The notes beneath the pieces are model-generated. The model did no database searches. It was not told where the DNA came from and saw only the letters and a list, made by a program, of their open reading frames with translations. A DNA stretch of 64,000 nucleotides from Azolla caroliniana (Eukaryota; Plantae; Polypodiophyta), in contig JBHGNT010000003.1 in NCBI GenBank assembly GCA_043228905.1, forward strand, positions 25,234,001 to 25,298,000. Reading direction: 5' to 3'. Shown piece by piece: positions 40,491-54,950 of the stretch (positions are counted from its first letter, which is position 1; the number at the start of each line of letters is the position of its first letter). The position numbers and the translations under genes were made by a program.

Positions 40491-43117
40491 GACCATGTAT
40501 AACATTGGTTGACAAATTTTTGGTTTCTATGTAGTCTTTATTCTTGTCTTTGTATATGGTATACAAGGAAAGCATAGCCCCAAATGTTTGTGTCAGAATC
40601 AGGACACGAGTGTTTCTTGATCTCATTTGAATGAGTTGAGTTAGTAGAAGCTACATCTGGTTTTGATTTTAAGGTCATGGAGCTGAATAAAGACAGTCAC
40701 TAATGTTTTTCATTAGAAAGACAATGCTGAATGTACAAAACTAGTTGTGAAGCCAATGTACATGGAGAAGAGCAGTAATATTAACAAGTTTCTACAAAAA
40801 TTGAAGAGCTTGCTAAGGAAATTGTTTGCTGATGTTGCCAGAAAGTAGAGAAGACTGGCATGGTATGTGAACAGAATGTGTTAAATTATGCCCATGATAG
40901 AAAATGTGAAACCCCATACCTTGTATGGAGAGGGACATTGATGCAAAAAGAATATGATGCAAAGTTGGGGTGATTTGCATGTGTTTCTTTCAACTGTAAA
41001 CATTAGTCCAAAGGAGGCTCTTTTTGGTAATGGAGGATTAGAATTACACTATCACTTTGGATGCGAAGTTTTTGCCCTTGTTCATGGATTGATTATCTCA
41101 AACATTTGTTTAGAAATTTTGTTCTTACTCGAGAACTAAGCAAACTGTAATGAGAGGGTGTGGCAGCAATATGCCATGGCCAAACAATCCTTGAATGCCT
41201 AGATATATCTCTTGGTATCCTAATGTTGATCTTGAGTTGGATGGTCTCAATTGACAACGACATGCCAAACTTACATACTTTCATTTTTGGTTTGCATCAT
41301 ATGACAATATAACACATCAATTCCATCAACTTCAAGAGGTGACATTTATCTTCATCACCTTGAGTTCAAACTCATTGCTTAAAATGAGCTATTCGTTTTG
41401 GAAATTTCATCTCGAAAAAATATACCTCATGAACAATTAATTGTTGTACATATGACCTTTATTTTTTCCCCATGATAATATCCCCGATTGGTATTAACAT
41501 AAAGTGGCCAAAGGCAATATACAAAACAGTCCAGTATTACAAAGAAAATTGGAATATAAATTAACGAGAAAACTATTGAACACTTGTACAGCTTTAATAG
41601 TCTCAACAACACTGGGTTCAAGATTTTTGGCCTTTATCATTGGAGTCTTTGCCACATATATTGCTCAGCATTCCTTCTCCCAGTTTTTGGTGGGCATATC
41701 CTGAAATAAGTGTGGTCCAACATGTGAGATCACAGATGGTGAGCTCGCCAAATACTTCCTTGGCTTTCTCCACTTCACCACATTTTCCATAAATATGATA
41801 TTCTTACGATGACATTGGAGGGTTCTGTAGCAAAGAGGGGAGGCTTCAAAAATCTCTCCCTTTAAAAAGTGAAGATTTGATAATGAACTCTTGCTAGTTT
41901 CATCTCACCATGACTCATGGAAAAAGAACATGTGCCAAAAACCTAATATTCTAACGATATAAATAGAAACCTTTTCTCATTAATCAAAGTATCTTGAAGC
42001 CTATAAAATATTGAGGCTATATGGGATAAACTAATCTCGAGGGCGAGAAGACAATAAATACTATAGATTATGGTAGTGGCTTTAATATTTGGGAGGACAC
42101 ACATTAAGATGCATACCACGATTAGGGATATGAGACTTCACCATTGAGGACCACCTAAATTATCATTTGATTTTTCATTAGTAGAGTAAAGGTCTAGTAC
42201 AAAGTAATTAAGCACAATAATAGGCAACACCATATTTTCATTGTGAATATGTTAATACACTTAATGATGTTTTCATAGTTGGGTCGCCATCATTGCCATG
42301 GGGCTGTTGCAAAAGCGTATGGTGTTCTCATGGGCCACTAGGTAGGTCAACACCATGGGTTGTCGGCACCGCCATGGATAGTTGAGGCAGACACTTTCGG
42401 CAACATCACAAGGGAAGGAACTGAAGTTTGAGAGGTTGAAGATGAGTTGGGATGATTGAGCCTAGTGAGGAATGAACTAAAGGAGCTGCTCGCAAGAGAT
42501 CACATTACAAAGACATCATATGGAAGGTGAACAACAGTTGATCACAAGACAAGCCTAATGAACAAATGAGCTAATTGTGACACAAATCGAAAATTAAGCA
42601 ACCGTAAATCATTGTGCAAAGTCGATGATAGAGCAAGCCGAAGTTCATTATTTGTTAGCAAAGAGTTGAGTGATCTTCATAATGACTAATGATTGAGCCG
42701 ATGGTTAATCATTATAACCGAACACTAGAACAAGAGAGATAGTTGATCATTGACCAAGTGGATAATTGATAGCCATTAGCATAGCAATGAGTAGAGAGGG
42801 ATGGGAGTTTGTTGAGCCCAACTTAGTTATGAGTATAGAGGATGAAATGGTAAAATGAAGAAATGGTAAAATGAAGATGAGGATAAATTACACATTGGGA
42901 GAGAATAAGAGGGTTAGGAAATTTTGATAGAAGTGCAAACATACAAAAATAGACGAAGACAAGATTGACATACACCCTTCACCTAATTGGAAAGGTACTT
43001 AAAGATGCGCTATGGGAAGAAATTGTGGGATCTAGTGCTTCGAAGAAGCTGTCGCATGAACACGCTAAGTTTGATCTATACGACCAAGTCATTCAATAGA
43101 ATTAAATGTGTTAAATA

Positions 43118-43609
43118 ATTTTTATTTTTATTTTAAAGAAGGTTCACCTTGGTATTAATGGAAAGATGCCGAAAGGCTACAACGAATTCATACAATATAT
43201 TACAACCCTCATATCCACATCAACCATCATGTCAAGTATCAAAAGCCCTCATGTAGGGTTGCTCCAAGACGGCGGGTGGAAAAAGCCATCTTGGTGGAGC
43301 ATATCTCGACTTTATTCTTTCTCCAAAAGAGGTGAAGACCTCAACGTATTGCCAAATTTTGCGAAATTGTTGTTATTTACGAATCACAACCTCAGGCTCA
43401 CCAACTATTGCATCATATTGACCTCTTAAAGTGTGTAAGAGCATTAACCATACCTCTTTGACTAACTCAACTGCATTCTGTTTAATTTTCTGAAATACAC
43501 ATTTACATCTAGCCTTCCACAATACCCAAACTACTAGAGAAGATATCGTAGACCAGACCATATCCTCTTCCAAACAACAGACTGTTGTAGTATTAGAGAC
43601 CTCCAATAT
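43118..43609 (-). mobile_element. 5'-truncated LINE (L1-like) insertion with TSD
   Basis: The minus strand encodes a LINE ORF2 C-terminal motif (VWVLWKARCKCVFQ...VWLML, W-x-x-W-K-x-R-x-x-x-x-F type) and has an A-rich tail at ~43118-43135. A 12-bp direct repeat ATGTGTTAAATA flanks it at 43106-43117 and 43610-43621. Confidence 0.8.
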
Positions 43610-45159
43610 ATGTGTTAAATACTAGGTGGTCCTTAGTTATCTAAGATCTTGAAAATTGACGACACAATGTCTATATATCCCACTCTTTACACTACGAGGA
43701 TTGTGTATTAGATGCATCTCCCTTAGTCCTTTAATCTTATCATGACGGGTGGACAATAATCATATGCTAAAAGGTTACAAGGAAGCTAATATTTCTTTCC
43801 TTTCTTTCGTTTTATTGCTTTGTGAGAACGCAGGTTCCTTTACTCCCTCTAATAACCATCTCCACTTGTGTTTAGAAAATTAGTAATTATACATTCCAAA
43901 GAGCTTCAAGTTTGCTCTCCTATTATACCTAGTTTGCATCACTATTTATCAAGAGCTCATGATGTGTTTCCTATTATACCTAGATGTAACAAATGGAGCA
44001 CTTGATAAACATATTCACTAATGACACTTCTATTATTGGTGACATGGTTTAGATTCAAATGGAAGTACAAACTCTATTCTAAAGGCAAAACCCATCCAAC
44101 AAGTGTCTCAATGCATTTATTTTAATTTTTTATAAGGCTAGAAGTTGAAAAATGTTTTCCATCAAACTCTAATGTTGCCATCACATGAGTACAATCCAAC
44201 CTTACCGTTGCTTTCACACTGTTGGTGGCTAATAAAAAAATACGTTGATCCAATTGCATTTTATGAGACATGTTCTTACTACATGTGAAAGAACTAACAT
44301 GTTCATAAATGTTTCCTACATTTTAAGATGTCATGTTCATATGAGACAACATTTAAGGATCTAATCTCTCATTTGGTCTTATAGGCCGTTTTGCCCTTGG
44401 GCCCCTTAAAATACATCAATATATCTTTCTTTCTACCTCAAAAGCCAACATTTTGTCTAAACAATCTTATACAACAAAACCTTCGATAGAACATATATCA
44501 TAAAACTCTCTTCAATGTAATAAAATGAAATGAGAAAGAAAGAGTTGTCACCATTCAATGTTGTGATGTTGTAAGATTTTCCTTCCATTTCCGATGGCCT
44601 CAAAAAGTGATGGACTAGGGCCGTAACACTTCGAACAGAATCGAGATACTCATTTCCCTCCATTGCCATAGAGCATGGGGAAAATTGTGCCCTCCTACAT
44701 TTAATAACGCAAAGATCCCACAACGTCTCTTTCCTACTCAAGTGCTGAATACAAGGAGCATGTTACATTAATCGAAGAAACCATATTGTTTTTTGTTGTA
44801 AAATTCAAAGAGGAAATGCTAGGGAAACATTTCAATACTATGATAGACCAATCTTCCTTTGAGTGCAATGAACAATCAGAACTTAGTTGGAAGTAGTCGA
44901 AAATTGTGACAATGGACCATATAAATTGTGATAGGTCTTACTTCCTTTTGTTGATGGATGATTGAAATTTGCAAGCCCAAAAATCTAGGTATAAAATTTT
45001 GGTGAATGAGGGGGGCCTTTTCCCCCAACCTTTGAATGAGAAGACAACAAATGATAAAAAAGAAACCATAACGTTCTAGGAATGTTGAAGAAATGTATGT
45101 GAGAGTGGGGTGTATTTTTTTGTTTGTATTACAAATATTTCCATTCGCAAAACATCTAC

Positions 45160-45765
45160 GTGCATTTTATATGAATTCATATTACCATTATTACATTAAA
45201 ATATATGACATTATAGCGCATTTTCGTGTATAAATGTTTCGAACCAATAAGTTCAAAAATGCACTTGCCATTTTAGTGAACGCTTGCACTTTCATTTGGA
45301 AGAGAAAATATTGATTTCGTTCTATGAAATCAATGAGTTTTTATGGAACATGCATTTTAAATTAATTCATAGTACCATCAATACCGAGGAATCCACCATA
45401 AAATATATGTATGACATTATAGCGCATTTCTGTGTATAAATGCTTCCAAGAAATAAGTCCAAAAATACACTTGCCATTTTAGTGAACACTTGCACCTCCA
45501 TTTGGAAGAGAAAATATTGATTTCATTCTATGAAATCAATGAGTTTTTATGGAACATGCATTTTAAATGAATTCATAGTACCATCAATACCGAGGAATCC
45601 ACCATAAAATATATGTATGACATTATAGCGCATTTCCGTGTATAAATGCTTCCAAGAAATAAGTCCAAAAATACACTTGCCATTTTAGTGAACACTTGCA
45701 CCTCCATTTGGAAGAGAAAGTATTGATTTCATTCTATGAAATCAATGAGTTTTTATGGAAGATGA
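45160..45765. repeat. 206-bp tandem repeat, ~3 copies
   Basis: ATGACATTATAGCGCATTT starts at 45205, 45411 and 45617. Copies 2 and 3 are nearly identical; copy 1 is more diverged. Confidence 0.93.
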
Positions 45766-46487
45766 AACATTATTTTCATTCACGAATCACAATGCGTGTG
45801 AAATATTTGTTTCCTATAAGAACTCATGAGAAAATAAGCACACAATGTTGAGGTTGTGGAAAACAAATTTTTTTAGAGCTTCCACGTTAGTCGGGTTTCC
45901 TCGTCATGCTTGAAAGCCAAGTAAATTGTGAGAAATATTAGGATTCAGTTAATTATCTATACAATTCTGTTGAGTTTCATAAACTTGAGATTGTTTCATT
46001 TAGAATGAGTTTGTTTCATAAACATGAGCAACATGTTACTAAACACAAGCACCATTCTCATGAACTCCGTACTATAAGGCGTAGAATAAAATCTATGTAT
46101 TTATGTTGATTTGGTTTCTCCCAATACAAATGGCAATCCCTACATTGGGACTTACGGTTTAGTGAACGAAACTTTATTTGTTTCTTGAACAAACAAGTAC
46201 GAAGGTGAGGGGAATATTTGGATTACGGAAGGAGGGTCGGTGAGATAAAGGTGGGGTCCCATGAGACAAGACCAACAAATGTATAGAAATTCAATGCAAG
46301 ATCATATATATGTACATACATATCAAGATTCTCGCGGATTTTTCGTTTCCTCTATATTAGAGAGAGACACTCTTGATGGTGCCAAGGTCCGAGTGAGCCC
46401 CATTTTCCCATTCTCGTAAGCACCGGAGAAATATTCCCGTTGTAGAAATCGGAGAATATTCTCTCGGCCATTGCCATTGTTGGGGAG

Positions 46488-48592
46488 CTAGGCCATTTTT
46501 GGGTGAAAAGGCATTTGGGAGTGTAAGATGTCCTCAACACTAAGTAGTGCAGATGAAGATGAGGATAGAAAACGGTTATGGAAGTCTATAACTGAATTTC
46601 TTATGGCCCTGCCTTCTTCCTCTTGCATGAGCCTCCTAATGGAGCCACACACCAAGTCTCGTGTGATCCTCTCCAAGGAACTAGCTCTAGGAGGAGGGGC
46701 CACTGGGTCATGATGCATCGCAATGGCGAGTTTCCATCGGCGCAGACACTTGAGATTTGTCCGTTGCTCACTCTCGCGTGGACACCCGATGAGCGGGACA
46801 CCCGCGCATATGCTCTCCATGGCCGAATTCCACCCGCAATGACTCACAAACCCCCCTATGGCCTTGTGCCTAAGCACCTCCACTTGAGGTGCCCATTCAC
46901 ATACCTTACCCCTACCTCTCACTCTCTCTTCAAAACCCATGGGTAACAACCTAGTCATCATCTTAACCCCATCTTCTTCACACCCACGCACACATCCACA
47001 TTCATTTCTATCTTGACCTTGACCTTGCCCTTGACCATGTCCTTGACCATGTCCTTGACCATAACATTCACCATGACCATGACCTTGACCCTCACATTTA
47101 TATAGGCATTGACCTCTACCATGTCTGGCGGCTTGACCTTCACCCGAATCTGACCCTGCCATTGCCATCCCTGGTCTCACCACCATTAGGAATGGCGTCC
47201 CTCCGGCTTCTAACCCTATTGCCAATTCCCTCACCTCCTCCGCATCGAGTGTGACCATGCTTCCGAACGCGGCGTAGATCACCGACCCCGTTTGTTGACC
47301 GTCTAGCCAATTCATGCAATCCCCATCCTTCATCACCAAGCTTGTTGACAATGTTGTTGGTAATGATGATGACCGGAGGAGCTCCATATTACTATTCGCC
47401 ATGTTGGTGTTCCATTGGTTTAGGGCATAGTTCGACTTTGGTCTTTCATTGAGCACCGAAACCGTGGCCTTCGTCATCATGCTCATAGTGTCGCCCGATC
47501 TTCCATTTAGCACTGGACCCATCGCATCCACCATCACTCCCTCCGCTCGCATCGCGTCGATGACATTCGATTCGAGATGGTAGAATGAATTCACTATGAC
47601 TTTGGACGCCTCTTTTCCTCGAGAGAATGCATTACACACGATATCGAATAGCGGGGATGAAATCGACGTGGAGTCGATGTCGTAGAAGAAATCAGCTAGT
47701 CGGAATGTTTCAAGGCCCGGGATGATGTCGATACAGTAATCTTGACTACAATCTGAGCTAAAAATAGATGTGGTTATGTTTTGAAGGATTACAAAAGTTG
47801 TTTAAGAGTTATACCCAATTATGATTGATACATAATATTGGTCTAGTAGAGGTATTGAAAAGATTCATTCATGACAAACAACAAAATCTCATCGAAGCAT
47901 TGCTCCTTAACAACACTAAGAAGTACTCCTAGATGAATAATCAACAACATGCAAAATTGGACAATGGGAAAGTTAGGAACCAAAGACTTTTTTCAGTGCT
48001 TCCTTTGTAACACAAACAAATCTACTATGGATAAATTTAAGGTGGTATTGTGATGAGAAAATGAGTACATCTGATGTCAAAAATCTCTTTCTATACCTTG
48101 GAGTGGAAGATACCCATTGTTAATGAGCTCCGGTATGTGATAGCCCATGGAGTATACCGTCACTGAGGATGACCAAAACTCGATCCTTGGGATACCAAAC
48201 TCATTTGCGACATCTTGTGTCCAAGGAAGAAAGCTGTCCGAAACGATGCATGTTACTGGCTGACCCTTCTCCACAAATGCTCTCATAATCTCCTCTAGTT
48301 TGCTCCTATATAGTGATTGATTGGTGAGGAACCGAAGAGCCGCAGAACTTGGCGATAAATTGTTGTCATGTGATGGATTTGGGAGCACTTGCATTTTGAA
48401 GTAGGGGTGATTTTCCTTATCATCATCCATGTTGTTGATGTTAATTAGCATCGACAAACTTCTTTCAGTATGTAAGAATGTAACCATTGTGCATGTTGAT
48501 GCCAATTTTCTTGCTAGGAGCATCATTGGATTGATATGGCCTTGTAGTGGGATAGGAAAAATTAACACGTGAGCTGTGCTACAGCTCTCCAT
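46488..48592 (-). CDS. Family-1 UDP-glycosyltransferase (plant secondary product type), ~586 aa, 2 exons
   Basis: Exon 1 48592-48097 (HVLIFPIPLQGHINPM with the catalytic His; CIVSDSFLPWTQDVANEFGIPRIEFW) and exon 2 47752-46488, joined by a phase-1 GT-AG intron. PSPG box WAPQVEVLRHKAIGGFVSHCGWNSAMESICAGVPLIGCPRESEQ at 46895-46764. Confidence 0.93.
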
Positions 48593-51500
48593 CAAGTGCT
48601 TGATCAATATAATGATGACTTAGAAATGTAGATCCTCATACAATATTGAAATTTGAGCTATTGTTGAAATGCATTGCTTGTAATTCTCTCCAAATATATA
48701 TAGAGAGACAACATACAAGAAAAAGTTGCCGTAGTAGATTCTAGCAATTCATATAAACAACTCGTTGTCATGTCCCCTAGCTTTTTGAGGCTTACACTTT
48801 TGACAATGACTAGATTGTCGTTTACAGTTTATGGCTTCTACAAAGGGGATGGTCTTTGTGACCATCTTTTTCGCTCTTTGCTCTTTGGTAACTAAATTTC
48901 AACAGAAAGCAAAGGTATAGTGCAACAACAGAACTTGACTCCATTCGTGTGACATAGGGGAAGCTCCTACCCAGGTAAAGAAATATAAATGTGCTATTAT
49001 TTAATGGAAGTACCACCTTCCAACCGTGGTTTTGTAGGGATTTTTTCAAAGTACAAAAAGCTGTTTTATGAAAAGGAGCACTTTGATGTAACAACTATCT
49101 ACTACGCATGGGTTTACTATTTGAATACTCTTTAGTCTTCCAATCATGCACGATTTCACATACATATTATAAATGTATTGATCGACAAACCGAAGTTTAG
49201 GTAGTGCGATTGGTCGGATATGTTTGTTCTTCCCAATAACAGAAAGGCAAGTGAGGTTTATTGTTGATGATCTCGCATAATGGTTAGAACGTGTCATTCT
49301 TCTATGCATTGATCCTTGGACAAATGAATTGTAAACCTTGTGCTGCTATTATTACATATTTAATCCATTGAAACTATGGGTGATTAGCATAATTGCATGA
49401 TTTTGACTATACGATTCTAGTGTCATGAGGACAAGGAACTTGGTTTGAGATCGAAATCCATGCATTGTGCTTTGAACGAGATAGAAGAGACATGTAATGA
49501 TGCAACGCACACCACTTTCAAAGATGACCTTTCAAATATGATGTACTAGGGATGTGTGATTAACAAATAATTATATACGTTGAAGGAACATTAGATAAGA
49601 GTGTATAGGAAACACCACTCTCAAAAATGGTCTAGAAGTCTAAGAAACCGGAAAGGAAAAAAAAATGCCTCCCAGCTTGCAAAAGCCTTTGCTACTCATA
49701 AAAAAATTGGGTGATGAAGAAATTTTGCCCATATAGAAATCATCATAGAAAAGCTAAATTTTAAAAAAAGACATGCATTTAAAAGACGCTTTAGATCACG
49801 TTGTAACTGTGAGAATCGACAAATAGTTATACATAGTCAAGCTAAGACTCGAATCTCCACCACTAATAAAAGTGTTACTTTCGCTGGTCTTATGTCTTAT
49901 GTGCTTTATGTCATTATTCAAACACTTGTTAAGATTATATAATATCTTCTTTGTCTACAATAGTTAATGCATTATTTAATGACGACAAAAATACCTTATG
50001 TGCAAATAATATGTGATCATGGTTTACATTAGAGTAATTTTGTAGGATAGACACTTGCAAGTCAAGAAGATAGTTGACCTTTGTGTCTATGTGTATCCAT
50101 ATATTCCTCTTGGTGGATGCTAAAGTTACAAACAAAACAATATAATGTAATATAAAACAATATATCATAATGCATTTGAATGGGTGAGTCCTTTTAATGG
50201 TTTTTCTCCCTTCAACTTTCATAAAGTACATTCTACACTTAGTGAATATTATCTCTAATTATATTTGTAGAACTTCGAGTCTTTTATTCATGCAATCTAT
50301 TCCTACCATGCATGTAATCATGCACGCCCTTTCAGATACATCATGAGTCAACTGATGCAAGAATTGTATGATTTACAAAAGAAGTAAATGGTAATTTTCT
50401 CAAATGAGGCTAGTCCTAGTCTTATGACTTTCCAAAAGTTGTGTTAGATTTTACTACCCTCTTCTCAATAGATTTCAAAGTCAACATGTGATCATTGCTT
50501 GAACACCAAATTTGAAATGAATTGTTTGAGGAATCACAGATTCACCAAACAATCTTGATTGTTTCTAGTTCAGTGAGTTGTGTTGATGGAGTGAGGCAAA
50601 GTGGAAGATCTTCAAATTCTCATAAAGACCTATTAATTGATTTCTAACCTAGCTCGTTTGTTTGGCTTACATAAGGTTGGGAGCATGTTGTGCAAGCTCT
50701 CTTACGTTTAATATGTGTATTGCTAACTTGGGAGGCTTCTAATCACTCTTGTATACAATGATGAGAACTTACTATGGTAAACACAATTCATGAGAGCCCA
50801 TCAATTATCAAGTTGCTTTTCCTATCGTCCTTTGCAACATTCCTTCACGTTGCTTTTAGAGAGTATTCTAGGTAAATTGTTTCAAGCAATTTAAAGAAGG
50901 TGAGCAACTATGGACATGTCTTAATGACACTGTGCATTTCGCCTCGTAAGAATAACCATGTAGTTCCAAAAATAGGGAGAAGACATCTAGGTTTCTACAA
51001 GCTAGCCAAAGTGTGTTGAGAAGTTTTCAGGTGACTTGGAAGGGCTTATGTTGTAACTTGTTATCCTAACAATGTGAGTTAGAATCACTCTCTATGTGGT
51101 AGTATAATGTATTTTTTCGAAGAATCGCAATACTTAACACCAATGAATTATCTAAATCTACATAAAAACTTCATGAGCAACTCCTCAACACTCAAGGAAG
51201 CTTGTCACTAGGTGCCCGTTCCACTACTTTTGAAATCATAGCCCTTCAATTAAAATCTACACAAAGAAAATAAGAAGAGACGGGCCATTACTTGTGATAG
51301 TATGCTTTGAAATCATAAACCTACAATTAAAATCTACACAAAAATAATTGCTTGTGATACTATGTTTTTATGACATGAGGTGACCATAGTTTAGTGCGTA
51401 ATCCTCACATTTATATAGAATGAAAACTTGTATTATTATTATGAATGTCGTGGTATAGAATATTGATGCCATTACATTATATTATGCTTTACCCCCAACT

Positions 51501-54332
51501 TATGAGACATACGGGACCCTATTTAATAAGCAGAACTACGAACAAAGGAACAACATTAAAATGAATACTTTTTTCTCGACAACATGAGTATGACCCATCT
51601 CTAAAGCCATCTTTATGCGAAATATCGTAATCTTGCAATACGTTCTATTACATGTACCTTTATTATGCTCATGATTCAACCCCTAAGCATGGGGAGTCAA
51701 GTGAACCCTCATACATTACCATGTATGCAATTATGTTTGCAATGCCCAACATATACACAATATTTGTACATGTCTTGTTTGCAATTGTTGGTGTGAGTGT
51801 GCAATAATTCCAAATCCTAACATGTGCATGGAATGTGTCTACATTGTCAATCTTTTACTATTATCTACTTGATTCGATTCTTCAACTTTGCACGTGCATG
51901 TAACCAACTTGATATTGTCTATTTTCCAAACAAGATGAGGTGGAAGTGTATTCAAACAATTCCTTACTCATTCTTGACTTAAATCTCAATGACTAATATG
52001 ACCATTTCAATTTGGAACCCATGTGAATATAACAATAATGTTAAGAAGCCTAAAGATAAGACAAACTTTGCAACAATGTCCTTATTTCCAAAGAAGAATT
52101 AATGACCCCATGGTTATCTATATGCTTGTAGATAGAGGTGACAAATTTCCATCATCAAATGATTGCATGTCAAATTTTAGTGACATAAGTTCGATGTATA
52201 TAGATTAATGACTTGAATGTGTTGTGACTCATACGGGGAATGATAAATAATTAAATATCTTAGAGCTAATAATGGCAGTTTGAAGACAAAATACTATTCA
52301 AGAAGGTATGTATACTTTTTGTCTTGAAAAATAATGATGGTGATTTTTGTTTTCCCACTAGCTAACAATATGTTCAACTTTTTTAGAGCACAAGCTAGAC
52401 AAGCACATGAAGAGTAACAAGTTCACTCGATCATTATGTTATGGAAGGGGACACAACGTCACACTCATTACTGTATGCTCCATGCCATGAGACCTTGTGG
52501 TTATCTTTATGATGTTGCAAATCCAATTACGATGCTAAATCGACATAAACCATGAGAATGCTCATGTAAACGGTTTGTTATCTACATGTACTTATTTGTT
52601 TGCTTGTGCACTATATTCACAAACATATGCATACATATTTGATTATCTGTCATTAATTTTTTAAAGAACATTGCAAAGAAAACAATACTTTACCCTTGTT
52701 TTTACCACATGGAGACCCTATAGCGTAAGCCTAATTAAACACTTTAGACACCTGAGAATAACAAGCATATAAGTTTATGCTACAATAGTTAATATTCCTT
52801 GGTGAACCAATACATTACTACCAAAGGAATTTTGGCTCATAAATAAATGAATTTTACATTTTTTAGCTTAAAATCAATATAATATTTAAGTACTTGTCTT
52901 TAAAATAATGGGTTTAGTGGAAGTCTTGAAGGTTTGATGTAGATGGAAGAGTCTTGAAGTTGTATTATAGGTAGAAGAGCATGAGTTAGTCCAATCATGT
53001 AAATTTAGAAAGGGATTATGCAAACAGTGAGTGGCGTATTTATCAAGAATATTTTGCACTAGATATGTTTATAATTGAATGAAAATGCCTCTACTTTACA
53101 TTCGTAAATCATAATCTTATTGTATGACTAAAAAAGTATGTTGCTTGGAAAAAAGAGCAAGCATGTTATTGATCTTTAAAAAAAGTGGAAGAAAGTAGTT
53201 CATTTTGAGTTGAGTAAATGTCGAAAATGAAATCTAACGTAATGCGTAGGGTGTGTTTACCCTGGTTAAGTTGTGCTTAATTAATTGCCCATCAAGTGCA
53301 CTATTCTTGAAAGTAAAGATGCCCCCACAAACAAATGCTAATGCTGATACAGAATTTTTTATCTTTTTAATATTATAATGTCGAAGACCTCAGAAAATGT
53401 AGCTTTACAAATAAGATGAGATAGTTGTGATCTCTCTCTTTCACAAAGTACTTCAAATGCAAAAGAACCAACTTAACAACTTTGCATGCAAAGTCTAAAC
53501 TACTTTGAAAGTTATTTGGGCCCAAGAGCTTTGGAGTTTACTTAGAAACACAAAAACATAGACATATGCGCAGAGTGCTCTCACACAACGTGTGTGGAAG
53601 GAACACGCTAGTTTGGAGTATTTAAGACTTCGTCAAAAGTTATTTGGAAACGTACCCTCAATTGTTTGACATTTCCATTTCAAGTATTTGAAACGTACCC
53701 TCAATTGGAAGATAAAGTGTACTCTAAGATCATTTTCTCAAGCTCTACCCAAGGCACCAATAATAATAGCCATCAATTCAACTATCCATTGTATATTTTA
53801 ATATTGTAAAGTGCATTCATTAATGTGTCTCCTTCACAAAAAAAGACATCAATTTCTTTGATGTGCAAACACAAAATGTTTGCCTCTCCTGATACGTTAC
53901 TATACATAATCTAATATCTCTTCAAATTGATGGCTGGTACTTAACAATATATTAGAGGATATCGAATAAGAATTAAAACAGCAAACTCTTTTAAAAAAAG
54001 AAAATTGATATATATCTCACTTTTTTGGATATGTTACAATTGACCTCACAAGTGGAAAGCTTGAATAATATAAATTGGGTGGATATACATGCACTAGTGG
54101 ACCAATATATGAATTGGAGATTGTTGGCCAAGGTGATGCATAAGCCTGAAGAGATACAATCATACATGTGACAAAACAAACCTACTTTTCCCCTCAGTTA
54201 CAATGGGCTGCCAACTAACTAATTCCACACACGACTTTCAAGGTACTAAAATGTGATTCCTCAACTTTTTTATAATCCATGAGGATTCCTCACCACCACT
54301 CAATGGAATAAGGTGGCCTCCATGTGGACAAT

Positions 54333-54336
<4 letters not shown>

Positions 54337-54403
<67 letters not shown>
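54337..54403. repeat. Compound (TC)n(AC)n microsatellite
   Basis: Visible directly. Confidence 0.95.
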
Positions 54404-54404
54404 T

Positions 54405-54950
54405 AAATGGGTGCGAAAAACACTTCTGACAATGGTTGCCACAATGGAGTATGAATACCCACTAAGTACACCAATGTAACATGTTGGATTGTTAATATGC
54501 AAGATGAATACTCCACGGAGGAAAGAATTTCAACTTGCTCTAATAAAGAAAATTGTCTCATTAGAACTCTCTTCAACTTTCGTAGATATGCTTTGACACA
54601 ACGTTTACCATCAAATACAAAAGCATTCCGCATATCCCAATTATGCCACAATCCCCAATACCTCAGAAATAGGAAAATGATCTCCATTTGTGATTTTAGG
54701 TCGATCTATGTGAATTGTGCAAACACCCACCGTATTTGTGTCAAACAACTCCGTCCCAGAACTTGACAAATTTGAGAAATGTAACACCAAATCTAACCAG
54801 AAATCAAACATTATATGAAGCAATGAGTACTATCTTCCATTTGAACAGTGCCAAAGAAGCAATTACCCGTTGCTAATGCACATCACATTAGAGCTAATCT
54901 CAAAAGCAAACCTCCAATCAGAATTCTCTAAATGAAGACCTTTGCTATGA
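54405..54950 (-). mobile_element. Degraded 3' fragment of a LINE ORF2 (zf-RVT-like region), ending at the microsatellite
   Basis: The minus strand gives ..GNCFFGTVQMEDSTHCFI*C.. (zf-RVT-like remnant) and YWGLWHNWDMRNAFVFDGK (W-x-x-W-x-x-RN-x-x-x-F motif of plant L1 ORF2). It carries an in-frame stop. Confidence 0.65.

Noticed and set aside
42690-42710. TGATTGAGCCGATGGTTAATC resembles miR171 (TGATTGAGCCGCGCCAATATC)
   Set aside because: Only the first 11 nt match and I found no complementary star arm nearby; probably chance.
45160-45765. CRISPR-like appearance of palindrome-containing repeats (also 30665-30850)
   Set aside because: Whole units are repeated with no unique spacers, there are no cas genes, and the context is eukaryotic.
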